From Alphaproteobacteria bacterium (lineage in GTDB: Bacteria; Pseudomonadota; Alphaproteobacteria; UBA7985), in contig CAXQZM010000063.1 in NCBI GenBank assembly GCA_964228455.1, positions 1 through 51,244 on the forward strand: DNA of 51,244 nt. The letters are read 5' to 3'. The notes under the pieces were generated by a model. The model was not told the DNA's origin, did not search any database, and saw only the letters and a list, made by a program, of their open reading frames with translations. Position 1 is the first letter of the stretch. Every line of letters starts with the position of its first letter. Shown in pieces: positions 1 through 10,435 of the stretch. Both the position numbers and the translations under genes were made by a program.

Positions 1-245
1 ATGGATTGCCAATACGCTAATTCATCCACTTCGAAACTTGCAAATGCTCCACCTTGAAGATCGAGTCCTAGATTGATCTGCCGGCATAGAAAAGGCGAAG
101 GCACAAAACACTCTTGACCAGTCACTTCGCCGTTAGAATTAACTTGATCTTGGGTACGCGGAAAAAGGTTTGGAGCAGCCATATAAGTGCCCACCAAGAT
201 CATAATGAACGCAAATACGCGAGCGGCAAGAGAGATTTGTACCAT
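1..245 (-). CDS. secD: Protein translocase subunit SecD, 5' part (runs off window start)
   Basis: Not in ORF track. Manual translation from ATG at 245 gives MVQISLAARVFAFIMILVGTYMAAPNLFP...CRQINLGLDLQGGAFASFEVD; LGLDLQGG is the SecD signature; directly downstream of yajC. Confidence 0.93.
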   Translation of the reverse strand, partial: MVQISLAARVFAFIMILVGTYMAAPNLFPRTQDQVNSNGEVTGQECFVPSPFLCRQINLGLDLQGGAFASFEVDELAYWQS

Positions 246-275
246 AGGGCTTAAAACCTGTTTCGGTTAGTTCGG

Positions 276-644
276 TTATTCCGCGGATTTAGACGCCTTG
301 GTGCGACGAGCAGGTTTGGCTGTAGTCTTCTTTACCGTGCCTTTTTTGGAGGTGCTTTTCTTTGAAGCAGATCTTTTTTCAGGAGCTTTCTGGGTGATAG
401 ACATGACCATTGCTCGCTGCTGAACGATAACAACACCCTCTGAAATTTCAATTTTTACAGTATCCTCATCAACGTGCTTCACTATTCCATGCATCCCGCT
501 TTGAATCACAACTTGGTCACCGTTTGCCAAGCTTGCGACCATTTCTTCATGCTTTTTTCGCTGCTGATTTTGCGGGCGTATCATGAGAAAATAAACAATA
601 CCGATCATAGCGGCGATGAAAATTAGGCTGAAACTTTGATCCAC
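276..644 (-). CDS. yajC: Preprotein translocase subunit YajC with a basic C-terminal extension
   Basis: N-terminal TM helix, YFLMIRPQ motif, GDQVV..SGMHG; GTG start with AAAGGA RBS; upstream of secD. Confidence 0.93.
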   Translation of the reverse strand: MDQSFSLIFIAAMIGIVYFLMIRPQNQQRKKHEEMVASLANGDQVVIQSGMHGIVKHVDEDTVKIEISEGVVIVQQRAMVMSITQKAPEKRSASKKSTSKKGTVKKTTAKPARRTKASKSAE

Positions 645-740
645 TTGGATGTCCTTTCAATGTGTTACTATCAGTTGGGCCGGCCCTTAACAGTCAATAA
701 GGGGGTTTGCCACTTAAATTCCAAGGTCTAGAGCACACTT

Positions 741-1625
741 ATGTCCAACGAAAAAAACGATTCTGACTCAGCACTACTGCGTCGTGCAACGGAAGCACTC
801 GAAAAAATTGCATTTGGGACCGTCAAAGGTAACGAGCGCGATGAGAGTCCATCACCAATTCATGCGTACAGTTGGCAGCCTGAAATCGCGAAGCTTAAGC
901 CCTTAGCTCAAGTAAATAGGCTCCCGTTGAAGCTCTTACTTGGCATAGATCGTCCAAAAAACTTGTTACTGGAAAACACTCGACGCTTTGCTACTGGGTT
1001 GCCAGCAAACAATGCGTTGCTGTGGGGTGCAAGAGGCATGGGAAAATCTTCTCTGGTAAAGTCTCTGCATGAACATCTAACAACTCTAAAAACTAGCAAA
1101 GTTCTGGAGCTTATTGAAATAAGCAGAACGGATATTTCTTCACTTGGTGAATTAAATGACCAGTTGGCAAAGAGAAATTCTCAATGCCTGATCTATTGCG
1201 ATGATCTTTCATTCGATTACGACGATGGAGCATATAAATCTCTTAAGACAGTTCTTGACGGTGGATTAGCGGGACGACCTTCGAATGTGCTATTTTACGC
1301 GACCTCGAACCGGAGGCATTTAATGCCACGGGAGATGATGGATAACGAAGCAGGAAGCGCAATTAACCCGGGTGAAGCGGTCGAAGAGAAATTATCTTTA
1401 TCGGACAGGTTTGGATTGTGGTTAGGGTTTCATAAGTGTGACCAGCAGACTTATCTCGATATGATCAACGCTTATTGCGAATACTTTGGCCTCGAATTAC
1501 CTTTTGAAAATTGGCGCAGCGATGCACTGGAATGGCAAGTAACTCGGGGGGCAAGGTCGGGTAGAGTTGCATTCCAGTTTTTCCAAGACCTAGCGGGAGA
1601 GCATAACTTACGTATCGGATTCTGA
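741..1625 (+). CDS. DUF815-family AAA+ ATP-binding protein
   Basis: NNALLWGARGMGKSSLVK Walker A, CDDLSF Walker B, YATSNRRHL, EEKLSLSDRFGLWLGF; divergent from yajC as is usual in Alphaproteobacteria. Confidence 0.9.
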   Translation: MSNEKNDSDSALLRRATEALEKIAFGTVKGNERDESPSPIHAYSWQPEIAKLKPLAQVNRLPLKLLLGIDRPKNLLLENTRRFATGLPANNALLWGARGMGKSSLVKSLHEHLTTLKTSKVLELIEISRTDISSLGELNDQLAKRNSQCLIYCDDLSFDYDDGAYKSLKTVLDGGLAGRPSNVLFYATSNRRHLMPREMMDNEAGSAINPGEAVEEKLSLSDRFGLWLGFHKCDQQTYLDMINAYCEYFGLELPFENWRSDALEWQVTRGARSGRVAFQFFQDLAGEHNLRIGF

Positions 1626-2819
1626 AGAAGCACGTCGCTTTGAGTAGCGAGTTCGCCACCAGGCGAATGCTGCTATTAAAGGAACAGCAGCTGCAACCGC
1701 CAACTCATCTAAACCTGTTTCAAATGCACTTAGCATATAGTAAACTAGACCAGCGCCATAATAAGTTAAAGCGATAACAGAAAAACCCTCAACCGCTTTT
1801 GACAGTCTAACCTGCTGTTGCGTGCGCTTGTTCATGCTTACCAGCAGAAGCTGGTTTTGCTTTTGAATATCATTATCAATCATTGCGTTATAAAGCCTTA
1901 GGCTTGTCGAAATCGAACGCTCGAGCTGCCGAGCTCTGCGATCAAATGCAGCAACTGTGCTGTGAGCCGGGTCAATACGTTGCTTTATAAATCCGGCTAC
2001 TGATTGCTCAGCCCCATGAGGGGTTTCACGTAACTCGTCTAAACGAGCCTTTATGATATTATAATAAGCCCTCGTTGCAGTTATTCTATATCGCGTATTG
2101 TCAGCCAACTGATTAATTTTTGCTGCTAACTCTTTAAAACTGCCAATTACCCCGTCTAAGCTAGTATCACCCTCCTGAGATAGCCGATTTGTGATAAGTG
2201 AGTAAGCTCGTTCCAAGTGCTCTAGCTCGATAAATTTTGGCCTTATGAATGATAATCCTCTCAATACCTGAAAACGATATATTTCTAGATCAATTAAGCG
2301 TTTTACAAAACGACCTTTGTCTGCTGAATCTATGAATGAGCCGCCCACCCATGCGTTAACACATCCATTTGTCTGCTGTCTAAAATCTGTAAAAACTGTA
2401 ACTTGGTTGTTCTTGAACCTACCGGCCAGAAGTGTTTCACCAATAAACAAACCTGGATCCGGTTTTCCGTCCTTAGAATCAGAAAAATGAATTCGAATAC
2501 CCGTCAATAGGCTTGCATCAAGCGAGCTTACATGATGCGTTACCTTGTCGTTCAGTGGCTCACTGCCAACATACGTTAGACCCCAAAACTCTGTATGACG
2601 TTCCCAACGCAATACCCCATTCTCTAATTCAAAAACACGATGTACGTTATCGGACGGATCTTTCTTCCAAATTGGTTCTGACTTTTCCGTCTGAAAAACC
2701 CAATGCCATACCTCCTTAACTTCTTTGCCAATAGCAATAGCTGGGCGACTATGAGCTTCTGCATGGCTGTCTAGTGCGCCCTCCCAAAGTGGCAAGATTG
2801 GTGAGTTCTCATAATCCAA
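1608..2819 (-). CDS. DUF3422-family membrane-anchored protein
   Basis: HAEAHSRP, LRWERHTEF, GRFVKRLIDLEIYR, QVRLSKAVEGFSVIALTYY followed by two C-terminal TM helices. Confidence 0.8.
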   Translation of the reverse strand: MDYENSPILPLWEGALDSHAEAHSRPAIAIGKEVKEVWHWVFQTEKSEPIWKKDPSDNVHRVFELENGVLRWERHTEFWGLTYVGSEPLNDKVTHHVSSLDASLLTGIRIHFSDSKDGKPDPGLFIGETLLAGRFKNNQVTVFTDFRQQTNGCVNAWVGGSFIDSADKGRFVKRLIDLEIYRFQVLRGLSFIRPKFIELEHLERAYSLITNRLSQEGDTSLDGVIGSFKELAAKINQLADNTRYRITATRAYYNIIKARLDELRETPHGAEQSVAGFIKQRIDPAHSTVAAFDRRARQLERSISTSLRLYNAMIDNDIQKQNQLLLVSMNKRTQQQVRLSKAVEGFSVIALTYYGAGLVYYMLSAFETGLDELAVAAAVPLIAAFAWWRTRYSKRRASSESDT

Positions 2820-2878
2820 TGAACATTCCCCCTAACCCCTCATATTACATGATAAAGTCTAAGTGTCAGCAAAAAGCC

Positions 2879-4480
2879 CTAATCAAAAAAATCGTTTCCC
2901 TTGTCATCTGTTATTATGAAGGCTGGAAAGTCCTCAACGGTAATTCGCCAAACGGCCTCCATGCCTAACTCTTCAAAATCGAGAACCTCGACAGATTTAA
3001 TGGACTCAAGAGCAAGTTTGGCAGCTGCTCCCCCTTGAGTGCCCAAATAAAATCCTCCATACTTTGCGCAGGCATCCCGGACTTGTTTGCTACGGTTGCC
3101 TTTAGCAAGCATGACCATTGAGCCACCTAGTGCTTGGAATTGATCAACGAAACCATCCATTCGGCCTGCCGTTGTTGGTCCGAATGAACCTGAAGCGTAG
3201 TCTTTTGGTCGTTTAGCAGGTCCAGCATAATATATTGGGTGATTTTTGAAATAGTCTGGCATTTGGCCGCCCGCTTCAATCAATGCTCGGATTTTGCTAT
3301 GAGCAAGATCCCGTGCAACAATAATTGTTCCTGAGAGCATCACCCGCGTTTTTATTGGATAGCTAGACAAGAGCGCCCTAATTTCATCCATTGAACGATC
3401 AAGGTCCACTCTCACACCTTCACCTACAAGCTCTTTCTCGGAAACATCAGGTAGAAATTTAGCTGGATCTCGCTCTAATTCTTCTAAGAAAAGACCGCCA
3501 CTTGTAATTTTGGCTTTTGCTTGACGATCTGCGCCACAAGATACTCCAATGCCTATTGGTAAGCTTGCCCCATGTCTTGGCATACGAATAACTCTGACAT
3601 CGTGGCAAAAATACTTACCACCGAATTGAGCTCCAATACCCATTTCCCGGGTAAGATCGAGTATAGTCTGCTCCATGTCTAAATCCCGAAATGCATGAGC
3701 ATCATTAGAACCATAAGCGGGCAAAGTATCATAGTACCGCGCAGAAGCCAGCTTAACGGTCTTCATATTCTGCTCAGCACTCAAGCCACCAATAACAATT
3801 GCTAAATGATATGGGGGACATGCCGCGGTTCCAAGGGTGCGAATTTTCTCGTCCAAGAAAGGGATTAGGCGCTCTGGAGAGAGCATTGAGGGAGTGGCTT
3901 GAAACAAAAATGATTTGTTTGCTGACCCGCCACCTTTTGACATAAAGTGCAACTGATATTCAGCACCAAAGCCATCCACCATTAAGTCCACTTGAGCTGG
4001 CAAATTATTTCTAGTGTTAACTTCCTTGAACATTGTTATGGGGGCCAGCTGAGAATATCGTAAATTGTTTTTCTCGTACGCATCAAGAACACCTTGACCG
4101 AGTGCACTAGCGTCGTCACCATTAACCCATACTGCCTGGCCGCGCTTTCCCATAATTATAGCTGTGCCAGTATCTTGACACATGGGGAGAACACCTCCCG
4201 CCGAAATACTTGCATTTTTTAAATATGACAGGGCGACATAACGATCGTTATCGCTCGCTTCAGGATCGTCCAGAATATTTCTAAGTTGTTGGAGGTGCCC
4301 CGGTCGCAAAAAATGATTTATATCCGAAAATGCTGCCTCTGATAATAATCGGAGGCCCTCGGCTTCCAAAATTAGAATTTCATGCCCTCTAAAAGTATCA
4401 GTCCCAATATAGTCCTTAGAGATTAAGCGATAAAGCGTGTCATCATCGCCTAGGGGAAACAGCTTTGGTATCGATGTCAT
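2879..4480 (-). CDS. fumA: Class I (Fe-S) fumarate hydratase
   Basis: [47 protein letters not shown] motifs. Confidence 0.93.
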   Translation of the reverse strand: MTSIPKLFPLGDDDTLYRLISKDYIGTDTFRGHEILILEAEGLRLLSEAAFSDINHFLRPGHLQQLRNILDDPEASDNDRYVALSYLKNASISAGGVLPMCQDTGTAIIMGKRGQAVWVNGDDASALGQGVLDAYEKNNLRYSQLAPITMFKEVNTRNNLPAQVDLMVDGFGAEYQLHFMSKGGGSANKSFLFQATPSMLSPERLIPFLDEKIRTLGTAACPPYHLAIVIGGLSAEQNMKTVKLASARYYDTLPAYGSNDAHAFRDLDMEQTILDLTREMGIGAQFGGKYFCHDVRVIRMPRHGASLPIGIGVSCGADRQAKAKITSGGLFLEELERDPAKFLPDVSEKELVGEGVRVDLDRSMDEIRALLSSYPIKTRVMLSGTIIVARDLAHSKIRALIEAGGQMPDYFKNHPIYYAGPAKRPKDYASGSFGPTTAGRMDGFVDQFQALGGSMVMLAKGNRSKQVRDACAKYGGFYLGTQGGAAAKLALESIKSVEVLDFEELGMEAVWRITVEDFPAFIITDDKGNDFFD

Positions 4481-4570
4481 ATTGAGGGGATATAGCTATT
4501 AAGTCGTTTTGCCTACAAGTATGACGCACAAAGACTTGCAGTACTTCTGCAAAGTTAACACCATATATCC

Positions 4571-5668
4571 ATGAATGAACCATTTGTTTTGAGAATTAAT
4601 CCTCCTCTTGGATACAAAGGACTAGGCCCCCTCTCTGGACTAAAGCTTGCTGTAAAAGACCTGTTTGACATCAAGGGTTACCCAACTTGCAACGGTTTGA
4701 AAGGTTGGCCCGACCAAACTCTTAAGCGGAATACGGCACCGCTGGTAGAACAACTTATGAACTTAGGGATGAGCATAGTTGGCAAAGCTATCACTGAGCA
4801 ACTCGCTCACTCCACTATTGGTATTAATCCGGATTACGGAATCCCACTTAATGTTAGACATCCGGATAGAGTGCCTGGTGGCTCATCGAGCGGGTCCGGT
4901 AGTGCAGTGGCTATGGGCCTGTGCGATGTTGGGCTAGGTTCAGATACTGGGGGATCAGTTAGAGTTCCAGCTGCATATCAAGGACTGTGGGGCATGCGCC
5001 CAACGCTGAACAGTCTGCCGATAGCTGGAGCCATGGAACTTGCTCCAAGTTTCGATACCCCTGGTTTTTTAACTAGAAATCTAAATACACTTCAAAAAGT
5101 GCACGCAGCACTAACGCCAGGACCGGCTACCGTGCTTAAACTTGCTGTGCCAACGAAGGTTTGGCAGTTCTACGGGCTGCAAAACCCTATTGATGCGCCG
5201 GATGTTGACTTGCCTTGGAATGAAAACATGGCGATGCGCTTGTCGAGCGCGTTCCGTTTCACTCAAGCTATAGAAGTGTCGGATAGGTTAGGATACTTGG
5301 CTGACGATGAAAGTATCAACCTACACCCAATGATCCGAGCTCGATTAAAATGGAATAAATCTGTCACAGAAACTCAAAAGCAACAAGCTTTGGAAGATGT
5401 TGAAGCAGATTTAGACATATTCAGAAAAATCTTAGGGAACGACACAGCGCTCGTCTGGCCAACAATTGCGGAGCCTGCGCCATTAATCGAAATCGGAAAT
5501 ACATGGGGTGAAGAACAGAGAGCTCGGCAATTTGCGTTAACGTCTCCCGCTGGATTGTTGGGCGCGCCACAGCTACATTGTCCCATAGGTGAGCTCGGGT
5601 TCTCCATCATCGGTAATGTGGGTTCTGATCTCGATTTGCTAGCTACTGCGCACCTGTTTCGTGACTAG
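4571..5668 (+). CDS. Amidase signature family enzyme
   Basis: AVKDLF (catalytic Lys), PGGSSSGS and GSDTGGSVRVPA give the Ser-cisSer-Lys triad. Confidence 0.9.
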   Translation: MNEPFVLRINPPLGYKGLGPLSGLKLAVKDLFDIKGYPTCNGLKGWPDQTLKRNTAPLVEQLMNLGMSIVGKAITEQLAHSTIGINPDYGIPLNVRHPDRVPGGSSSGSGSAVAMGLCDVGLGSDTGGSVRVPAAYQGLWGMRPTLNSLPIAGAMELAPSFDTPGFLTRNLNTLQKVHAALTPGPATVLKLAVPTKVWQFYGLQNPIDAPDVDLPWNENMAMRLSSAFRFTQAIEVSDRLGYLADDESINLHPMIRARLKWNKSVTETQKQQALEDVEADLDIFRKILGNDTALVWPTIAEPAPLIEIGNTWGEEQRARQFALTSPAGLLGAPQLHCPIGELGFSIIGNVGSDLDLLATAHLFRD

Positions 5669-5738
5669 TTCTAATTGTAATTTATAAGCATAAAGCACCA
5701 GAAATAACCAAACCTGGTTGGAAAGACCGTTATAGCCT

Positions 5739-6605
5739 CTAAAACTCAAACCTATATTCTATCTTGCGTTTCCAACTATCACCAGGCGTGAGAACCCAGC
5801 TTTGTTCATCTGGTATGTTCATAGCATCAACTGGCCCTTGAGGCTCCAAACAAATATAACCACATTTGCCATTGTAGACTTGAAGGTGGCTGGAGTCCGA
5901 CCAAACAGACATTGAAAATTTCTCATTTAAATAAGTGATGCGTGCCATTTCGCGAAAGCCTCCCCCCTCAACTCGAACACAATTGTCTAGGGCCTCATCC
6001 AATTTAGCAACAAAAGGCACATAACCCCCAACAGGCAATAGCTCTTTATCAAGGGCTTGTGATTGTTGCCCATGAACCTTTAGATCACCATCAAGTAGCT
6101 TCCAGTAAGGATGATGTGTTAAATTGATAGGAGTAGGTGCACTGCAAGCAGCACTCAGCTCCAAGCGCAGAGTGTGTTCGTGAGGTAAGGAGTAGCTAGC
6201 TTTAACCTCTAAATTACCCGGAAAACCTTGATCACCATCAAGAGAAGATAAGGAAAAGTTATCTCCACCCTCCCAACACCAGTTGCACTGGGCAAAGCCT
6301 TTAGGACCGCCATGGAGAGTATTTTCACCATCATTAACAAGCAGTTGAACATGTTTCGCTCCTAATTGAAATTGGCCCTTACGAATACGTCCAGCAACTC
6401 TTCCAACGACTGCACCCACTTGCTCAGGGTTATTTTTATAAGAGCTAAACGCCCCTAAACCCCGAATTATATCTAAGTCTGGCTTGCCTGGCCGCTTCAG
6501 AATCAGAGACTGAAGTGCCGCTCCCTGGCTAATAACTGTAGCCGTAAGGTGCGAAGAGCTTAGCTGACGAACTTTTATATTTTTAAGGGGCGCTTTCATC
6601 GCCAT
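5739..6605 (-). CDS. galM: Aldose 1-epimerase (mutarotase) family
   Basis: GRVAGRI, NTLHGG, DGDQGFPGNL, NLTHHPYW, CLEPQ (catalytic His/His/Glu); substrate not certain. Confidence 0.82.
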   Translation of the reverse strand: MAMKAPLKNIKVRQLSSSHLTATVISQGAALQSLILKRPGKPDLDIIRGLGAFSSYKNNPEQVGAVVGRVAGRIRKGQFQLGAKHVQLLVNDGENTLHGGPKGFAQCNWCWEGGDNFSLSSLDGDQGFPGNLEVKASYSLPHEHTLRLELSAACSAPTPINLTHHPYWKLLDGDLKVHGQQSQALDKELLPVGGYVPFVAKLDEALDNCVRVEGGGFREMARITYLNEKFSMSVWSDSSHLQVYNGKCGYICLEPQGPVDAMNIPDEQSWVLTPGDSWKRKIEYRFEF

Positions 6606-6656
6606 ATCTCAAGACTAACATGTGCATCTTAGCAAGCTTTCTATAAGGCAATTACA

Positions 6657-7553
6657 ATGCGTCTATCTCCTTTCGCCACTGGAACCTTAATGACTGGACT
6701 AGGTGTCATTATACTATCTCCAGATGCCGCCCTTATTCGTTTGATTGGAGCAGATCCGTTTCAGTTTAGCTTTTGGCGCGGCCTATCACTTACATTAGTG
6801 ATGTTATCAGCGGTACTGCTCGCCTATGGCCGAACATCTTTATCACAGCTTTCTGGTATCTTTACGTTGGCGGGCCTGGGTGTCGCCCTGTTATTTTCCA
6901 CAACAACTATTGGCTTTGTGTTAGGCTCCCAGCAGGGCGATCCAGCTTTCACCGTAGTTGCAGTAGCCGCGACCCCTCTATCAGCAGCGCTTTGGTCTTG
7001 GTTTCTGTATCAAGAGCCCGCAGATCGACCCACAATGGTAGCAATGGCTATTGGCTTCCTAGCAGTTTGCTTAGGAGCTTATGAAGTTCTAGATACCGCC
7101 AGTGGAACAATCCTTGGTTTTTTTGGTGCAATTTACATCCCAATCGCAATGGGCCTAGGATTCACTCTAACCCGTTACCTGCCTGACCAGCAAAGTCCGT
7201 GGGCAGTATACGTTTTTGCCGGTATTTTCACGTGTATACTTGGCATCTTAGTTGGCGGGAAGCCGACTTTACCGAATGCACCGCTCCATCTCGTGCTCAC
7301 CTCAGTTGTAATCGTGAGTGCTTTCTCTTTCGTTCTTATATCTGTTGGTCCGCGTTATATCAGTGCCGCTCAAACAAGCCTAATGCTGCTTTTAGAAACA
7401 GCATTGAGCCCAGTCTTTGTCTTCTGGCTACTTAAAGAAGCACCCGGCCCTTTAACAATGGCTAGCGGAATAATTCTAGTAGTTACGCTTATTGGGCAAA
7501 CGTTTGCTCAGCTTCATTTGGCAAGAACGCAAATAAAACCAGCTCACGACTGA
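6657..7553 (+). CDS. EamA/DMT-family transporter
   Basis: About 10 hydrophobic segments; ILSPDAALIRL start and GPRYISA..SLMLLLETALSPVFVFWLLKE. Confidence 0.85.
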   Translation: MRLSPFATGTLMTGLGVIILSPDAALIRLIGADPFQFSFWRGLSLTLVMLSAVLLAYGRTSLSQLSGIFTLAGLGVALLFSTTTIGFVLGSQQGDPAFTVVAVAATPLSAALWSWFLYQEPADRPTMVAMAIGFLAVCLGAYEVLDTASGTILGFFGAIYIPIAMGLGFTLTRYLPDQQSPWAVYVFAGIFTCILGILVGGKPTLPNAPLHLVLTSVVIVSAFSFVLISVGPRYISAAQTSLMLLLETALSPVFVFWLLKEAPGPLTMASGIILVVTLIGQTFAQLHLARTQIKPAHD

Positions 7554-7587
7554 ACAATTAATAGTTTATGTATCTAACCAAACTTTA

Positions 7588-8799
7588 CTAATTAATGGCC
7601 ACTGTCCTGGTCGCTCGCCAAAACAGCCCCCAGGCCATGCTGCAGAGAGCGCACGCAATACCAAATGGCAGACCAGGGAGATAGATAAGGCCATTCTCCC
7701 AAGTGCCGAGCAGCAAGCTAGCGTAACCATATATTCCTGCCACAATTAGGGAAAAAGATCCTATGGATGCAATAACTCCTTGCAGTTCACCCTGACGATT
7801 GGCATCGATTTGTTCACTTAGGTGTGTTTGAAGAGCTGGAAGCGTCAGCGCCGTGGCCCACATAAGAGGCATAAGCGCATAAATCATCCAAGTTGCCCAA
7901 GCAAATGTCATTAAAAACAATCCAACACAGGAAAGCGCCATAGACCCTATGGCCACTCTAAGTGCACCAAACCACCTAATCGAGGGACCAGCCAGCCCAC
8001 CCTGCACGGCTGTCATGCCGACGCCAAAAATCATAAGAGTTAACCCTATGTCCCATGCTGTCCAACCAAACGCTGCTGTCCCATAATAGGACCAAATACT
8101 TTCATAGATTGACTCACCACATGAGAAGATCAGAAGTGCTAATAAGATGCCTTTGATCGCGTGATTTTTCCGAATTCGAGAAAAGACGGCAAAGGCGTTA
8201 GCTTCGCGTAGAGAAAATGTACGTCGCTGTCTCGGTGGTAAGGTCTCGGTGAACATAGTTAGCGAGAAAACAACTGCTAATCCCGCTAGTCCTGCGGCAA
8301 ACCAGAATGGCAAAGCTATATGAATAGATCCTACCCAACCGCCAATTAAAGGCCCAAGAATAAAGCCTAGACCTAGTCCAGATGAGACAATCCCAAAATT
8401 TTGACCCCGATTTTTTTTGTCCGAGACGTCTCCAACAATTGCAAAAGCTGCGGTGTAAGAACCACCAGCGATGGCGGCGATAGCTCGTCCAATGAGTAAC
8501 ACCCAGAACAAAGGAAAGAGCGCCATTAGTATGTAGTCGATTACCATAAATGCCATGGCGATAGCCAATATATACCGGCGACCAAAACGGTCAGATAGAC
8601 TACCAATGATCGGTCCAAAAAAGAACATTAGGACAGCAAATAAAATAAAAAGTGCGGCACCAGCTTGAGTGACAATATTGGACTGAGCAGGAACCCCAAA
8701 AATACGGCTCAAAAGCTCAGGCAGGACAGGAAATATAAGGCCCGCGCCCATTGCATCCAAAGTAACAATGAAAAACGCAAATAAGATTGGCCGCTGCAT
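7588..8799 (-). CDS. MFS transporter, TetA/DHA1-like efflux family
   Basis: LDAMGAGLIFPVLP, motif A GSLSDRFGRR, motif C GFILGPLIGG, QGELQG; about 12 TM. Confidence 0.9.
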   Translation of the reverse strand: MQRPILFAFFIVTLDAMGAGLIFPVLPELLSRIFGVPAQSNIVTQAGAALFILFAVLMFFFGPIIGSLSDRFGRRYILAIAMAFMVIDYILMALFPLFWVLLIGRAIAAIAGGSYTAAFAIVGDVSDKKNRGQNFGIVSSGLGLGFILGPLIGGWVGSIHIALPFWFAAGLAGLAVVFSLTMFTETLPPRQRRTFSLREANAFAVFSRIRKNHAIKGILLALLIFSCGESIYESIWSYYGTAAFGWTAWDIGLTLMIFGVGMTAVQGGLAGPSIRWFGALRVAIGSMALSCVGLFLMTFAWATWMIYALMPLMWATALTLPALQTHLSEQIDANRQGELQGVIASIGSFSLIVAGIYGYASLLLGTWENGLIYLPGLPFGIACALCSMAWGLFWRATRTVAIN

Positions 8800-8822
8800 C
8801 TCGTGGCCCTGAACACTAATAC

Positions 8823-9659
8823 TTATACTGTCAACTCGGCGTAAAGTTCTTGGGCCGCTGAAATAATTCCTGGTAAACCTGGAAATACTAGACCAAGCTC
8901 CTGAAGTCTATCATTTGGTAACTCGGGGCCTTTAAGTTTCGTAGAAAACGGCATGGTATCTGTATCAAATCCTGCGAAAGATAGGATTTGCTGCAAGCTT
9001 ACCTTAGCATCGCTTAAGTTATAAATTTGACCTGCCATAGAATTGCCCGTTTGACTAAGAGATAGTGCTACTGCCTCCGCGACAGTGCGTCCTGAAACCT
9101 CGGTAGTAATTGGGTTTATGGATGGCAGAGAACCTAAAAGGGCTTTCTCAAAAATTGGTGTCCACTTATTGATCTTCGCCTCGCCTCCGTAGACCCCAGT
9201 TGGACGCAGAGTCACAATTGGAAATTTGGTATCACTAACGTTCAGTGCCAAGGTTTCGATTGATAGCTTAAGTTTTCCATACAGCGTATCTGGATTAGGC
9301 TTAGCTGGTAAAACTTGCGCATCTCCAAAAATAGCCCGCGAAGAGAAGAGTATAGCTCGGTTAAGGCGCTCAGACCTTGCGTCTTCAAGTAGCCTTTTTG
9401 TAGCGTTATAATTTAGATCCCAGAATGCTTCAGGATCGTCGCCTTCGCCACCACGGTATTTGCCAGGAAGATGAGCAAACGCGCAATGTACTAATCCATG
9501 ACAGCCCCTCAAAAACGGCCGAAAATTTTTAGTACAAAGACCGTATGTATAAACTTCCGAGAGACTTCTTATCGTGTATCCTGACGCCTCAAGCTTTGGA
9601 ACAATGAAACGACCTAAGCGACCACCAGCCCCTGTTACTGCAATAATCAACTCAGCCAA
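8823..9659 (-). CDS. sqdC: NAD-dependent epimerase/dehydratase, SqdC-like sulfolipid biosynthesis protein
   Basis: VTGAGGRLG, HCAFAHLPGKYRGGEGDDP, SSRAIFG, YGKLK; third gene of overlapping sqdB-sqdD cluster. Confidence 0.85.
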   Translation of the reverse strand: MAELIIAVTGAGGRLGRFIVPKLEASGYTIRSLSEVYTYGLCTKNFRPFLRGCHGLVHCAFAHLPGKYRGGEGDDPEAFWDLNYNATKRLLEDARSERLNRAILFSSRAIFGDAQVLPAKPNPDTLYGKLKLSIETLALNVSDTKFPIVTLRPTGVYGGEAKINKWTPIFEKALLGSLPSINPITTEVSGRTVAEAVALSLSQTGNSMAGQIYNLSDAKVSLQQILSFAGFDTDTMPFSTKLKGPELPNDRLQELGLVFPGLPGIISAAQELYAELTV

Positions 9660-10435
9660 CTGGGCAACTTGCCATACTCATAAACCTCCCACCAAAGATC
9701 GATCAGTGGCCGCAGTTGCTCGGCCTTTGGATGATCAGGCTGCCAGGGTTTTTCATATTGATAGTGCAAAACATGAATCGCTTTGGGGTTCCATAGTTGT
9801 GGCAACTGGAAGTAAATATACTGCAAAGTGTTGAAAGTATGCGGTAAGCCATGCCAATCTGGAAAATACCTCTGAAGGAAGGTTTGATCAGTCCTTGGCC
9901 AGTAGGCATCCGGAGCGTCTAATAAACGAAGCATATCATTATAGGTTGAAACGCTGGGACTCGCCACAAATACACCCGAATTCAACCGATAAAAATCTGA
10001 CAAACTCTCGTAAACATTGGGAGCAGCGGAAAACTCAGGATAAGAAAATAACTTATCGCAAGATTTTAGCATTATCGTATCCGCATCCAAAAATACGACG
10101 CGATCAAATTGAGTTAGTTGCCATAGTCGAAGTTTGGCAAAATTATTCAATGGAGAATGAAACTCCGGCTTATTCCCTTTCGTGAACGGATTTTTTACAT
10201 GTACTCTCTCACGTGCGTGTGCTTGCTGAAAAGTATCACTTAAACTTGGATGATTTATACTTAATATTTGGGCGCCCCATTCTTCCAGCTCATCAATTTC
10301 ATCGCTCTCAAAAGTAGTCATTACGATCAAAGGAAATTGGGTCCCGCATACTAGTATCGAGCGAGCTAGCGCGCGCGCACCCTTTACAAAATCAGGATTA
10401 GTTACAAGAGTAACGTAGGCGTTGTTAAGCGGCAT
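9647..10435 (-). CDS. sqdD: GT8 glycosyltransferase, SQDG synthase SqdD
   Basis: AYVTLVTN, FTKGNKPEFHSPLNNFAKLRLW, FLDAD (DxD), NSGVFV, HYQYEKPW; overlaps sqdB and sqdC. Confidence 0.9.
   Translation of the reverse strand: MPLNNAYVTLVTNPDFVKGARALARSILVCGTQFPLIVMTTFESDEIDELEEWGAQILSINHPSLSDTFQQAHARERVHVKNPFTKGNKPEFHSPLNNFAKLRLWQLTQFDRVVFLDADTIMLKSCDKLFSYPEFSAAPNVYESLSDFYRLNSGVFVASPSVSTYNDMLRLLDAPDAYWPRTDQTFLQRYFPDWHGLPHTFNTLQYIYFQLPQLWNPKAIHVLHYQYEKPWQPDHPKAEQLRPLIDLWWEVYEYGKLPSWLS

Noticed and set aside
7588-8799. Acquired tetracycline resistance gene
   Set aside because: No tetR or mobile context; TetA-like MFS proteins are common chromosomal genes and the substrate cannot be inferred
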